Source: Octopus vulgaris (lineage: Eukaryota). From it: a stretch of DNA of 64,000 bases. The DNA is taken from NCBI GenBank assembly GCA_951406725.2, contig OX597826.1, positions 64,852,001-64,916,000 on the forward strand, given 5' to 3'. Positions 26,716 to 39,480 of this stretch are shown in pieces. The position numbers and the translations under genes were made by a program. The notes beneath the pieces were generated by a model. That model saw only the letters and a program-made list of their open reading frames with translations, searched no databases and had not been told where the DNA came from. Within the stretch, counting starts at the first letter, position 1, and each line of letters opens with the position of its first letter.

Positions 26716-26809
26716 TATTAAGGATGTCTCCAAATTCCAACATATCATCATTTCCCATCAGAGTGTCAAGTAACACATTGGAAGATGGTAAGCATGGCAG
26801 GTGTTGCAC
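26716..26809 (-). CDS. POMP: POMP coding exon 5 (94 nt): VQHLPCLPSSNVLLDTLMGNDDMLEFGDILN
   Basis: tttgtttatag|GTG...CTTAATA|gtaagt. Matches human VQRLPFLSSSNLSLDVLRGNDETIGFEDILN. Ends in phase 1, so a further exon is needed. Confidence 0.96.
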
Positions 26810-27679
26810 CTATAAACAAACAAGGAAAATTCATTCTTAGAAACAGTTTGTTTATTTAATTCCTCAGATAAGCCCGGACTGTGTGGGTTGTATATAGTGC
26901 TGCAAATTTAGGAAATTTTACCAAACCAAACCAAACTGTTGAATATGCAGAGCAAATGAGGGAGCCACTACATAGTTGCTTAACTTGTTACAAACAACAG
27001 CTAAATTCCCTCAAATAACACTACTACACACTTAAACCTTTAGCATCCAAACAGGCCATATCTGGCTTCTCACACCATTCCTACAATGTCAATCTAAACA
27101 TAAACAATCACATCATCAAAATTACAAACTTATGAGATAATACATGATTAATTTGAAACAATGTGGATAAATAAGCATTACAGTTGATGGATTAATATGT
27201 TAAAGGGTTAAAGGAAAGGGCTCGTTAGACCAAGTAGTCCTAGAAGCCCCACCCAAAAAAAGGAGACAGGCAAGACTGGATTTCTTTTGATGTTAAGTCT
27301 GCTCAGTCAAAGCTAAACAATAACATCAACAGAAACATTGAAGATTATGTCTGATGCTGCACACACATTTTCAATACATGGCTTTTAGACTTGTAATCCA
27401 ACATTCCAACTACTCAAATTTTGTGTAAGTTTAAGTGGATTTAGTTAATTCTGACATTGATATATAGGGTAGATGGAAACTTAGACCAATGAAAAAAGTT
27501 TGCTGCAAAACAGGTCTTACACAAAAAGATTCCTAAAAAGTTACAGAATGTTATCACAAGATTCAAGGAATTTCTATTAAGGAAAAAATATAGAGAGAGA
27601 TGTTAGAAAGATGTATCACATGGTTTTAATTGGCTTAGTTCTGTTAGTACTATAAAGATAAAATCAACCGAAAAAAAAA

Positions 27680-27830
27680 AAGTGTTTCACTTCAGAGAGA
27701 AGTTGTGGAAGGAGACCCCGGAAAACATGGGACAAAGGATTGAAGACCAATCTCAAAACATTGGTCCTTACTAAGATGACAAGAGGGCCAAGATATGTGG
27801 CACATTGCTGTACCCAAGAAGACCCACCCA
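27680..27830 (+). mobile_element. RTE LINE C-terminal fragment
   Basis: Decayed RPRKTWDKGLKTNLKTLVLT motif. Confidence 0.6.
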
Positions 27831-29803
27831 CCACAATAGAATCAATATCTGAAAACCAATGTGCCATATAAAAAGCCTTGGCATGGGTGCTGATGCCACA
27901 TAAAGAGCACTCAGCACACTCTGTAAAATGGCTGGCATCAGGAAGGGCATCCAACTGTAGAAACCAAGCCAAAATGGACTATGGAACCTAGTGCAGCCCT
28001 TGGCCTTGCTAGTCCCTGTCAAGACATCCAACCCATGCCGGCATGGAAAACAGACATTAAATGTTGACGATGATGATGATGATAATGACAATACTCCCAA
28101 AAATGTGTTTATGTGTAGTGGAAACAGCATAGCAAAGTGAATCATATAAGATTTGGAATAAGAGATTTTGGAAACACCAACATTAGTCAGCTTGGAGGAG
28201 ATATGCAGCTCAAAGAATGACTTCACTATTTAGGTAGCTAAAGTGATATCCTGATTCTGTGGAGCAAAAGACGTTATGATCCATGAAACTAGGCTTACTC
28301 TGCTCTTTTACCCATGACAAATACATAACTCATAGCATCATACTCTTTGCTGTTTTACCAATACAGGCATGGCTGTGTGGTTAAGAAACTGGCTTCCCAA
28401 CCATGTGGTTTCAGGTTCGGTCTCACTGTGCAGCACCTTGGGCAGTCTTCTACTATAGCCCCAGGCTGACCAAAGTCTTTGCAAGTGGATTTTGTAGATG
28501 GAAAGCATAGGTATATTGAGTTCTACACCAGAATATTAGTATCACAATGTCAAAATGAAATATATATATATATATATATATATGGTGGTAGGAAGGGCAT
28601 CCAGCTGTAGAAACTTTGGCAGATCAGATTGGAGCCTGGTGCAGCCTTCTGGCTTGCACTTTCTGGAAAGCAGATGTTAAACAATGACAATGACGATGAT
28701 ACATATAATGTGTATCATATGTGTGTAAGCACCCATGTTTAACATCATGTGATGTTTGTAAACAAGTGTCACTGTCATAAAAGCAGCGTTGTTCATTTTT
28801 AGTCTTCCATGAAACACATGCCTGGCCATAGGGAAATATCACCTTACTTGGAAACAGGTGAGGTTTGGTGACAGGAAGAGCACCTGGCCACAGAAAATCT
28901 GCTTCAACAAATTCCACCTGAACCATGCAAGTATGGGAAAGAGGACATTAAAACAACGATAATGATGATTATGATGACCCTCAACATCATATTCTTCACA
29001 AGTACTGCCAGACCTCTGAATTTCTAATGTATGGATTATTATCTCTACACAGCCACTGGAGAACAAAAGCTGAGTTTCTTATCCAAGGCAAAAATATACT
29101 TCCACTATAAGCAGCTGGACTGAAGCATCATGAAATGAAGTGTTTTGCTCAAGAACACAATACATCACCCAGTCTGGGATTTGAAACCATGATCTTACTA
29201 TCATGAATGCAATACTCTAACCACTAGGTCACATGCTTTCACTAACTGATAAAGAGAGGAAGGAAAATATCAGAGAAGTGATTTTGCCAAAGAGATCCCC
29301 TAACTTCAAACACCAGTTGCAACATTTATCCATACCCACCCTAGGAACAGCATGTATTATTAAACTATTTCATAACTACATGCCATCTGACAGTCACAGG
29401 GGAAATTATGTAGCTAAATTAAAATTCCAGACATATTTGGAAGAAGAGAGGTAGAAACATAATTCAGAGTAAATTATAATACTTTTCCATTTGTTTTTTC
29501 TTTTCTTTCCATCCAATTTTTCCATGCTAGCATAGGTTAAATGAAGAAAGTATTGTAGCACAGTTTTACTGCTGGACACCCTTCCTAACCCTCACTTATT
29601 TTTTAAGTAAGAGAAGCTCTTACTTCAAAGGTGCAAAACTGATGGACAATTTGTTGATGGGGAAAAATGATAAAAATACATCACTTGTAGCTGGGCAATT
29701 ATCAGAGAGGTGAAAATGTAAACAAACATACAGACTCGCACATATATTTGGGATTAGGAAAGGCAATCCAGCAGTAGAACCCATGCCAAAGCAGATACTA
29801 GAG

Positions 29804-30118
29804 CAGGGCTGGCCAACTTGAGGCCCACGGGCCGCAGGCTTTAATCTTGCAGCCCACTTAATACTTTCTTGAAATGGGTTTATTTAAACAAACATTTTCA
29901 AAATTTTATCAAAAATTAAAGATTGTAATGAAAAGTAAAACAGAAAGATTCTATTGTTTTTGCAACAATAATATGTTGAATAAACGATCATTCATTTATT
30001 ATTGTTATAATAGCATGAGAAAGCAAAATGCTTTCAATTCTGTCAGTATACAAGCAGCCCTCAAAAAACTTTCTGTAATTAAAGTGGCCCGCAATATAAT
30101 TCAAGTTCACCAGGCCTG
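29804..30118. mobile_element. hAT (Charlie-like) MITE in POMP intron 4
   Basis: Termini CAGGGCTGGCCAAC / GTTCACCAGGCCTG, subterminal GGCCC motifs, and a ctaga-like target on the left flank. Confidence 0.75.
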
Positions 30119-30306
30119 GTCCAGGGCTCTAGCAGAACATACTTGCCCAAAGTGCCATGCAGTGGGGTTGAACTTGAAGCCTTGTGGTTTAGAAGCGATC
30201 TTAAGTACAGAGCCAAGCCATTATGTACTAAATGACCTAAACAAACCTTAACCCTCTCCTTCACTCCCCTCCAAATTGAAAAGACAATAATGAAAGCAAT
30301 AGTCAC

Positions 30307-30408
30307 CTTAGAAACAGCTAATCTCTCCATTTTCAGTCTGAGAGGAGCATGAATACCTTGGATTTTTCGAAGATTTGCAAAGTCCATTGCTTCATTCTTC
30401 TCTGCGTA
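30307..30408 (-). CDS. POMP: POMP coding exon 4 (102 nt): YAEKNEAMDFANLRKIQGIHAPLRLKMERLAVSK
   Basis: tctcttttcaag|TAC...AAG|gtgact. LRKIQGIHAPLRLKME matches the UMP1 core (human LRNIQGLFAPLKLQME). Visible inside track ORF 30079..30483. Confidence 0.97.
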
Positions 30409-30834
30409 CTTGAAAAGAGAAATTTTAATAAAATAATCAATTACGTAAATAAATAAATAAAAATAAAAAACAAAATAAAACATACAATAAAATTAAACAA
30501 AGAAACAATTTCTGGTTTGGGTATTTAGCAGATATTAAGTGAGAAAGTGCCATAAATTCATGATGGGAGATATCCATTATATAAAAGCAGAACAAGGAAG
30601 TTTTAGTATTTTACATCATAGTCAGTTTCTCTCTAATTCTCTATCTCTATATAGCACTTTGGACGAAATTAGTACATCACATACTCTATGTATTTCTTCC
30701 TATTTCTCCAACATACCAGAAGCATAAACACATAAAGCAAACATTAGAATGTAAATGTAACATTTATCATTTTTTTTTATATCCTTATCATCACTGGCTT
30801 ATATATCTTACAGCTAAGAAGAAATAAATCTTAC

Positions 30835-30895
30835 ATGTTTCTCAGACAACTCCAGTGGATGAGATGCAACCAGCTTACTTTGGGCCTGCTGCAAA
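30835..30895 (-). CDS. POMP: POMP coding exon 3 (61 nt): LQQAQSKLVASHPLELSEKH
   Basis: tttcag|TTTG...AAACAT|gtaaga. Contains the UMP1-family SHPLELSEK motif. Confidence 0.96.
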
Positions 30896-32275
30896 CTGAA
30901 ATTGGAAACAAGAAGTATAGTGAGTGATATTTATTAGAGATATTTATTAGAACAACAAATCAAGCAGACATCAGCTGAAGTGCCGAGCAAAAGAGTATGG
31001 CTTCAATATGTAACGTTGGATTCAGATACTAATAATAGTAATAAAATACAACTGAGGTACAGGAATGACTGTGTGGTGAAGAAGCTTGCTTTGCAACCAT
31101 GTTGTTCCAGGTTCAGTCCCCGTGTGTGGCACTTTGGGCAAGAGTCTTCTACTACAGCACTGGATCAACCAATGACTTGTGAGTGAATTTCATAGACGGA
31201 AATTGTATGGATGTCTATTTGTGTGTGCGTGTGTGTATGTATGCGTATGCATGTGTGTGCATGCATACGTTTCTGTATGTGTCTCTCACTTCTTGACAAC
31301 AAGTGTTGGTTTGTTTGCATCCCTGTTACCAGACAGTTTGGTTGGTAGAAAGAGACAGAATAAGTATGTTGCCATCACTACCACTGCCACAACCACCACC
31401 ACCATCATCATCATTAGAATAAGTAGCAGACTTAAAAGTGAACACTCGTTGAGGAGGAGCTGACCTGAAACTAAACTCTTTAAGACAGTGCCTTAGTATG
31501 GCCACAGTCCAGTTAATGAAACTGGTAAAAGAATAAAAGAGCAACTACATAAACGAATGTACTGTTCATGGATGAAAGCACGCACTACATAAACTCAATC
31601 AAGACTGTAACTCACCTCAGAAGTAAGTTCTCTATCATGAACAATTTATATTGTACTCTCTATAACTGTTTTTTTACTACCATGTACAATGACCTCTATA
31701 CCTCCAAATATGACTTTTTGCCAATGAAACCAATCCTGTGCTCCGAATTTTCCTTCTTTCATTACAGTCCCACAACACTCGTTGAAACTCCAACTGCTAA
31801 TATTACAAACTGAACATTAACCAACTCCACTTAACTATCTCTACTCATACATGTAAAACAATTATGAACTCCACCCTTATTACTCAAGATTAAAAACAAT
31901 ATTTAATCAAGGAAAAATAAATGCTTGAAAATTTCCAAGTTAGTGCGTGTGTGTGTGTGAGAAAGAGAGAGAGAGAGCACTCATCTTTCCCCTTTTTCCT
32001 GGCTGGCCATATATGTGGTGTGTATGTGTGTGCATCATCATCATTTAACATCCACTCTTCCATGCTTGCATGGGTCAGACAGAATTTGTTGAGGTACATG
32101 TTCTACAACTGCATGTCCTTTCTCTCACAAACCTTTACTTGTTTCCAAGGTCACAATTCCCCATGGTCATACATGATTTTCTGGGAAGATTGGAAATGAA
32201 CAACATCGCTTATATATTGATGACACTTGTTTACACACACACACATATATACATTATTAATAATTGACAGAAGTT

Positions 32276-32343
32276 ACAGAGTAACTCAAGGCCCATGAGT
32301 TTTGGGCATTGACACTTATCAAATGCCCATTGAGTTACTCTGT
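32276..32343. repeat. Hairpin with a 14-bp perfect outer stem and an 8-bp inner stem
   Basis: acagagtaactcaa / ttgagttactctgt and tgggcatt / aatgccca. Confidence 0.85.
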
Positions 32344-32949
32344 CCATAATAAAAAATATATATAGTCATGTCTTGAGTTCTATTTTCCTGTTTGCATCAC
32401 CCCACCACACATGCATACATTTTATATATACAACAGACTTCTTTCAGCTTCTGTCTACCAAATCCACTTACAAGGCATTGGTTAGCTCAGATCCAGGGCT
32501 ATAGTAGATGACATTCACCCAAGGTGTCACACGATGGAACTGAACCCAAAACGATATGGTCGGGAAGCAAGCTTCTTAATTGCCCTTATGGAAGAGCTAT
32601 TTTGTGGACCTATGTCAATGACCAGGTCACAGTCTGTGACAGAAATTTTGCAACCTTAAGATATATAAACTCAAAGTGAATTTAAGAGTTTTTGAGTGTT
32701 CTTCAAATAACCAAAATGGTCCTTCCACTACTCTGTTTCATATCAAGTCATTTACTAGAGATGCCTAACTCCACAACTTTATATAATATCAATAGACAAG
32801 CTGAAGAAATAAAATATTTGTAAATTAGAATACTTGTACTACAAAAAGAAACATAGGTTACTTGTTAATTATTATAGTGGAAATACTGTTTAAGAGAAAT
32901 GGTACAGAAATTCAGAGTGGAATGTAACAATAGTTCTCAGTGTACTTAC

Positions 32950-33053
32950 CCAGTGATCATAACATCATGGAATCCATATTCTCCACTGGTCGGCAGAGTT
33001 ATATCTTGCTGTTTCGCAAAACATGTATTTTTCTTATCTAATGATGCAAAATT
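32950..33053 (-). CDS. POMP: POMP coding exon 2 (104 nt): NFASLDKKNTCFAKQQDITLPTSGEYGFHDVMITG
   Basis: ttttatttccccacag|AAT...ACTGG|gtaagt. Open frame, phase-compatible with the next exon. The YGFHDVMITG end resembles human FESHDLLRKG. Confidence 0.92.
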
Positions 33054-33861
33054 CTGTGGGGAAATAAAAATAATACTGCCAGTGAGTGGTAATAAGAGTA
33101 CAGAGAGATAGGTTATGGTTAGAAAGTATGATGGATAAAGGTTTGAAAATGTTGAGCTTCACAAATAACACAGGATCATGACAAACCATTCACTTTAAAA
33201 ACTAGTGGAAATGATAACAACAATGATGAGGAGGAGGAGGAATACTGCTTCTTTTTAGGGAAAGCACTAAGGTAAAAAGATAACAAAGAAAACAACACAC
33301 AGGAGTGTCATATGAGGGAATCTGAAAACTCATCATTACCATGAACTCATTAATATACTCAAAGTGAAACTAAATGGAATTTTCAACTGAGCCTCATATT
33401 GAAATGCAGTGTTGTTTTTATTGTTGCAGTTTAATCTCAAGTCAACTCTGATGAAATGCATTACCAGCTGGGACCACTCAATCTTTTTTTGGACACCAGG
33501 GACTACTTTGTTTAATGTATCCTTTTTGTTATTTAAGACAAAACATTAGGTTTTGAAAGAAATTCAGCTGTTATTTCTAACAGATTAAGTGACTGCATAG
33601 ATGCTCCCTTGCTGATTCAGAAATGAAATGTCTTACATAGAATAGCATGAAGCCTTTGAGTGAGATACAAGAAAACATTAAGGATATCATGCCTGTCATA
33701 TCACTGTTGAAATAAATAAAAAATGATCTAGGCTATTACTTTTAACAAAAATAATTTCAACAATTTTCTCCTAATTATTAGTAATTATACATTAAAATTT
33801 CAACTATGGAATTATTAAAAATCAGCATACAACTTTGGACACCTTTAAGGAAGTATGAACA

Positions 33862-34095
33862 TTTAACCCTTTTGATGCCAACCTTACTGAGATACTACCC
33901 CCGATACTATAATACTCACATGTTATTTTAAAGTGATCTAAATTAAAACTATCCATCAAAATTTCATGTAAATTTACATTCCAAATACCAGCTTAACAAT
34001 GACAAAAATATTTTACTAAACTCTTCATTAGTTTCTAGATTTTCTAGAAACAAAGGTGGCTTGTTTCAACAGAAATATGATAACAGCAGGGTTAA
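33862..34095. mobile_element. piggyBac-type MITE family E (TTAA-CCCTTTTG...GGG-TTAA)
   Basis: Terminal inverted repeats with TTAA target duplication. Copies at about 980-1176, 9681-10323 (split by a SINE), 20383-20570, 26060-26240, 36656-36876, 55847-56030, 59015-59116 and 62840-63037. Confidence 0.8.
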
Positions 34096-34899
34096 AGGTC
34101 AATGGATAATTCCTAATTTAAACACAAAGTCAGCAATTTTGAAGGGAGAGGAAATCAATTAAATCAACTCATACTTTATTTTAATCAACTCTTGAAGGGT
34201 GAAAGGCAATGGTGATCATAGCTGGATTTCAATGCAGAATGCTAAGAGCTAGAACAAACATTACAAGATATTTTGTCTGCTAGAATGCTGCCAACCTATT
34301 GCTTTGATTTAAAGGCTGCTTCTAGCAGAGGACTGAAATCTGGAGGATGCAACTAACCAAATTTTTGGCTAAGAAGATAAATTACAATAGGAATAACAGT
34401 GTAATGTGTTTCAGCTTTTAAAAAAAAAGACATTGCGACCTCGATGTTGGACTAAACTTAATTTTGTCAACTCCAAATGGATGAAAGGCAAACTCGACTA
34501 TGGCAAGATTTGAACCCATGATGTAAAGAACCATAACTAAATACCACAATGCTTCAACAATTCTGTCAATCCACAGTTTTATTTTAATGACTAATCACTA
34601 ACAAACCTCAAACTTCTAAACCAGTCACTTTTGATATCTAACTTCACCCAGTAACGAAAATTTCTAAAAGCTAGGTAGAAGACTAATCTACTTAAAAAGA
34701 GAAGCGAGAAGGGATACAGTCAATATAAGGAAGCTGTATTATCATATTACTATTGCATTAAATAAAATATTTAAAAAAATGGAAATTGTCATCCAACTAC
34801 ACTAACTTGCAATAATTCAAGCATCACATCAACCACACTGATTACATCAATCTTGTCAAACAATCTCACCCACCATGACTACACTGATATAAATATATT

Positions 34900-35290
34900 T
34901 TTACATCAAGCATTAATGTGATGAAGTGTCCCAACTAAGTTAAAAACAAGGCTAGCGCAAGTGCTCATTTGGTCAATAGACATTTATGGTTGTGAAGCAT
35001 GGACTCTGAACAAACTTGAAGAGAAGATAATCAATGTGTTTGAAATGTGGGGGTATAGGAGAATGTTGTGCATCTCTTACAAGCATCATTGGACAAATTA
35101 ATGAGTGTTACAACAAGTGGATGAAAGATGATAACTCCTGAACATTGTAAGACAAAAGCTCTTTTTATCATGGGCAGTAGATGAAGAGGCAGGCAAAGAA
35201 CACAACGAATGGACAAGAATGGTAAGGCAGCTGGAAAACTTTCCTTGTAGTATCATCAATGTGCTGCAGGCATACAATACATGATGATAA
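34900..35290 (+). mobile_element. RTE (BovB-like) LINE fragment
   Basis: RLAQVLIWSIDIYGCEAWTLNKLEEKIINVFEMWGYRR matches the RTE YGCExWT...FEMW motif. Confidence 0.8.
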
Positions 35291-36877
35291 TGACAGTTAA
35301 TGTGACATAGAGATAAAATATTGAATTTCCTGTATACCAAAAAGAGTGAGGAAGCTTATTTGATTTAGTGAAGACAGGAAGTGAAAGGAATAATGTTCAT
35401 ATCTTTCAAGATTTAAATAGTACTATAAATAAGAAGTATACATGACCATATGGTGTGAAATAAATAGCACAGTGAGTGCACCATTAATTGTTGGTCTATT
35501 GGGTTGTAGAGGTACCACTGAAATGTGCATCAAGGAGAGGTCAACTTGATGAAAACTGGACTTTTACCAAGCTATAAATTTTTTTAAAAAAACTTGCACT
35601 CCACACTACAAGTTAATGAAAAACCTCTCAATTAAGAAGTGCTCATATTGCTTAGAGCAGCAAAATGTACCTTCCAACATAACCTATTCAGAGCCAGGTA
35701 CACTAAGCTAGCAAGGCCAAGAGTCAGGGACTTCCAGTTGGCACACTGACACTGTTGTTCTAATCAGAGCAACATAAAAGGCTTAAACAAAGCTGTTTTC
35801 TATCAGTAAGTAGTTCATTGCTTTGTTCATCTGGTCAGTCTTAGCACTTCTATAAATAGTGCAGAACAAGATATGTATGGAAGAGTTGAATTGCTTGCCT
35901 GTGCGGTTGTTTATATAGATACGTTTGGATACATGAGCTGCATAACAATTAATTAAAAATCTAGCCACACATTTACATGCATATCCAATGATAACACTAA
36001 TATAGTGTGTAAAGATGGCAAGAGATTACCTAGTATCTGCTGTGTTAGAATAAATTTAACCTCTCAGATAAGTTAGATTTAAAAGGTGAAAGAATAGGAA
36101 GGTGTGTGTGTGCATGCATTATATAATCATAAAGGAGCAAGGAACAACATCAAGTAACTGGAAGAGAAGCTAGCAGTTAAATGTATTTCGCAAGGGGACA
36201 AGCATAAAGTAAGAAGTTTGCACAAGTTCTGCAATGTAAGGATCAGAAGAAAGGTGTTCTGGATATCAATATAAATCAGGAAGTTAGTGGCAAAAAAACC
36301 ACACATATATTGGAAGTGGTGCACATACCCTTACAAATAGCAAAATGAAACAGGAATGGAATTAGGATGCATGGGATTGCCACAATGAGAGGTTACTAAT
36401 GAGGAAAATTCATGGGAGAGAGAAGTACTACCCTAAATTGAATATACCTATAATTCAAAGGTTCAGCCTTGTCAAAAATAGTGTCACACTAACTTAACTT
36501 AAGGGTAATTATGCCTGTGGAGTAATAGGCAACATACAACTTGATTTAAAGAGTAGGTGGACCAGTTGATGAAACTGAATGCTCATTGTCAAAACTGACA
36601 AGAAAATCCAGGATTCACTTAACAAAGTATTAAAATAAACATGTTGAAATGGTCATTAACCCTTTTCATATGAACCTCCCTGAAATTGCATCTGACCCCG
36701 TGATATAAACTTCTTAAAGTAACCTAAAAAAATTAAAAACCTCCCACAAAACACAAAACTCAATAAACACTAACTTAATAATGACAAAGTTATTTTACTA
36801 ATTTCTTCATTATTTACGAAATTAATTAATGCAAAAGCAGTATATTTCTACAGAAATATGGTGACAAAAAGGTTAAG

Positions 36878-37410
36878 GATTTGAAAGCAGGGAAAACAGC
36901 TGGACCATCAGGAAGAGTTCCCTATATGCTGAAAATATCCAGCCAAAATCAGCAATAGTTACTCTCATTGTCAATCAGGTCGTACAGGAAGGAGTCATTC
37001 CCAATGACTAGTTTAGCAATATCATCATCAACTGCTACAAGGACAGAGGAAATTCTCAGGATATTTAATTTGAGATATTTAACTGGTGAATCAGGTTATG
37101 AAAGTAACAGAAAGAGAAGTTACAGCACAACTAATTAGGAAGAAAACCATATTAGAAGAGCAGCAGTTCAGACTTGCACTAAAACAGGGTACTACTGATG
37201 CCCTCTCTTAGTAAAACGGACTTGTACCAGGATACCACTCTGTAGTCTGGTAGGTGCAAACTTGGGAGTTTTGCAAGGCATGTACAGCAAGGTAAGAACT
37301 AGTGAGTGCACATCAGGAATCAGTTCTTGGCCAGATCTTGTCTATCACAGCTCTCCAGTCTATAACACAGTAACTGTTTAAGACTGACTGTTGGTGGAAT
37401 TCTGCATGCC
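36878..37410 (+). mobile_element. RTE LINE reverse-transcriptase fragment, decayed
   Basis: IVNQVVQEGVIPND*FSNIIINCYKDRG...KLVNQVMKVTER...EQQFRLALKQGTTDA corresponds to early RT motifs. Confidence 0.75.
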
Positions 37411-38904
37411 TAAGATCTGATTCAAAACATAAACAATCACACCATCAAAATCTCAAAACTCTGAGATAATGCAGTGATTAATTCAAATCAATGTGAATGA
37501 ATATGTATTATATTTGACAGAGTGATCTGAATACAGAAGGGGTTAAAGAAATGACAACGGAGGGGGGGGGGTTAACAAGTGATGAGACAATGTGTTAAGA
37601 AGAATGATACAATCCATGCAAGCATGAAGAAGAGAAGAGGGGGGGTGGAGGGGGAGGTTCTGATAAGCAAGATTATATTTAGCTGTTCAATAAAGTGTTA
37701 CAGAATAGGAGTGCTTTCATGATCGGCTGTACAGGAAACATATTGACAGAGAACGATATTACAGAAAAACAAACAAAACTATAATGATTATATCACAAAT
37801 TAAGGAGTAGAACATTGGAACATTTCCTGCTAGAGCTAGATTATAACTTCCTTTCCTTATACAATATGTTCTGACAGAGAGTAATGATAATAACAAGAGT
37901 GCTTTGATTTGTTTTGTAACCAGTGAGACTAGTAAGTGTAAACTTCCTTATTCCTTTTCAAGAACAATAAGTTACAATAAATAAAATACAATAAACTAGG
38001 TTTCACATACCCTAAATGAAAACAAAAATTATTTATCTTTTCTGTGAGATTAAGAAGCTAGATATGGTTACACAATTGAGACAATAAAGACTATGACAGG
38101 GAAACAATAATGTTAAATTATATAAAAAAAAAAAAGAAATTAAAAAATAACATCATCATCATCATCATCATCTAATGTCCATTCTCCATGCTGGCATGGG
38201 TTGGACAGTTTGACTGGAGCTGGCAAGCCAGAGGGCTGCACCAGGCCCCAGTCATCTATTCCGGCATGGTCTCTCAAGGGCTAGATGCCCATCCTAACAC
38301 CAACCACTTTACAGAGTGTACTGGGTGCTTTTACGTGGCACTGGTATGGTTGTATTTTATGTGGCACCAACATTGGTGTTTTTTACACGGCACCAGTATG
38401 GGCTTGGCATCCCTTTTCTTACCATATTCCTGTTGAAATATACTGCAAATAGTTATCATTTATTTTTTACTTTGTTTTGGTCAATAAAGTGCAGCCATGC
38501 TGGGGCACCAGATTTGATAAATCTTCAGCCAAACTAATCGACCCCAGTACTCATTTTCTTTTAAAGCCTGGTACTTATTCTATCAGTCTCTCTAGCTGAA
38601 CTGCTAAGTCACAGGGATATAAACACACCAACACTGGTCAACAAGCAGTGATGGGAAACAAACACAGACACACACACACACACACATGACAGGCTTCTTT
38701 CAGTTCCTGCGAATCAAATCCATTCACAAGGCTTGGGTTGGCCCAAGGCTATAGTAGAAGACACTTACTGAAGGTGCTATGCAGTGGGACTAAACAACCT
38801 GGAACCATGTGGTAAGAAGTGAAATAACTTTGTCATTATGCAAGAGTGGTGTTAGGCAGATTGGTACCAAAAGGGATAGTTTGAGAAAATTTCATCAATA
38901 CTTT

Positions 38905-39131
38905 CTCTCTTTTACTTGTTTCAGTCATTTGACTGTGGCCATGCTGGAGCACCACTTTAGTCAAGCAAACCGACCCTGGGACTTATTCTTTGTAAGCCCA
39001 GTACTTATTCTATCAGTCTCTTTTTGCCGAACTGCTAAGTGACGGGGACGTAAACACACCAGCATCGGTTGTCAAGCAATGCTAGGGGGACAAAGACCAG
39101 ACACACAAACACACACACACACACACATATC

Positions 39132-39164
<33 letters not shown>

Positions 39165-39331
39165 TATATACGACAGGCTTTTTCAGTTTCCGTCTACCAA
39201 ATCCACTCACAAGGCATTGGTCGGCCTGGGGCTATAGCAGAAGACACTTGCCCAAGATGCCATGCAGTGGGACTGAACCCAGAACCATGTGGTTGGTTAG
39301 CAAGCTACTTACCACACAGCCACTCCTGCGC
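38905..39331 (-). mobile_element. Bipartite tRNA-derived SINE family B (head with CTTGGGCAAGT CORE-like motif, internal (TG/TA)n, 3' module), young full-length copy
   Basis: Head GGCTGTGTGGTAAG...GGTTCAGTCCC. Other copies at about 9815-10225, 12110-12570, 38460-38815, 44035-44430, 49305-49765, 55182-55765(+) and 57692-58080(+), plus many head-only copies. Confidence 0.9.
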
Positions 39332-39380
39332 TTGAATAAGTTTTCTTATAAAGCTAAAAGTAATGTCTGTTGGAGCTTAC

Positions 39381-39480
39381 CATTGAATTTAACTAGAAAC
39401 TTGTATGAATGGATGTTTGCATAAAGTCACTCGTTTTTCATATTGACTAACAATGATACAATGTACAAAAATAGCACCAA
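39381..39480 (-). CDS. POMP: POMP start-codon exon: 97 nt of 5' leader plus ATG (39383-39381) as the last three bases
   Basis: Minus strand reads aatttcaacag|TTGGTG...TTCAATG|gtaagc. An exon ending in ATG supplies the phase-0 Met for the next exon, as in vertebrate POMP where the first coding exon contributes only ATG. Confidence 0.7.

Noticed and set aside
38001-38030. Minus-strand tttgttttcatttag-G-gtatgt, a possible 1-nt microexon or near-recursive site in POMP intron 1
   Set aside because: It would frameshift POMP and is not a true AG|GT junction; plausible by chance in T-rich introns.
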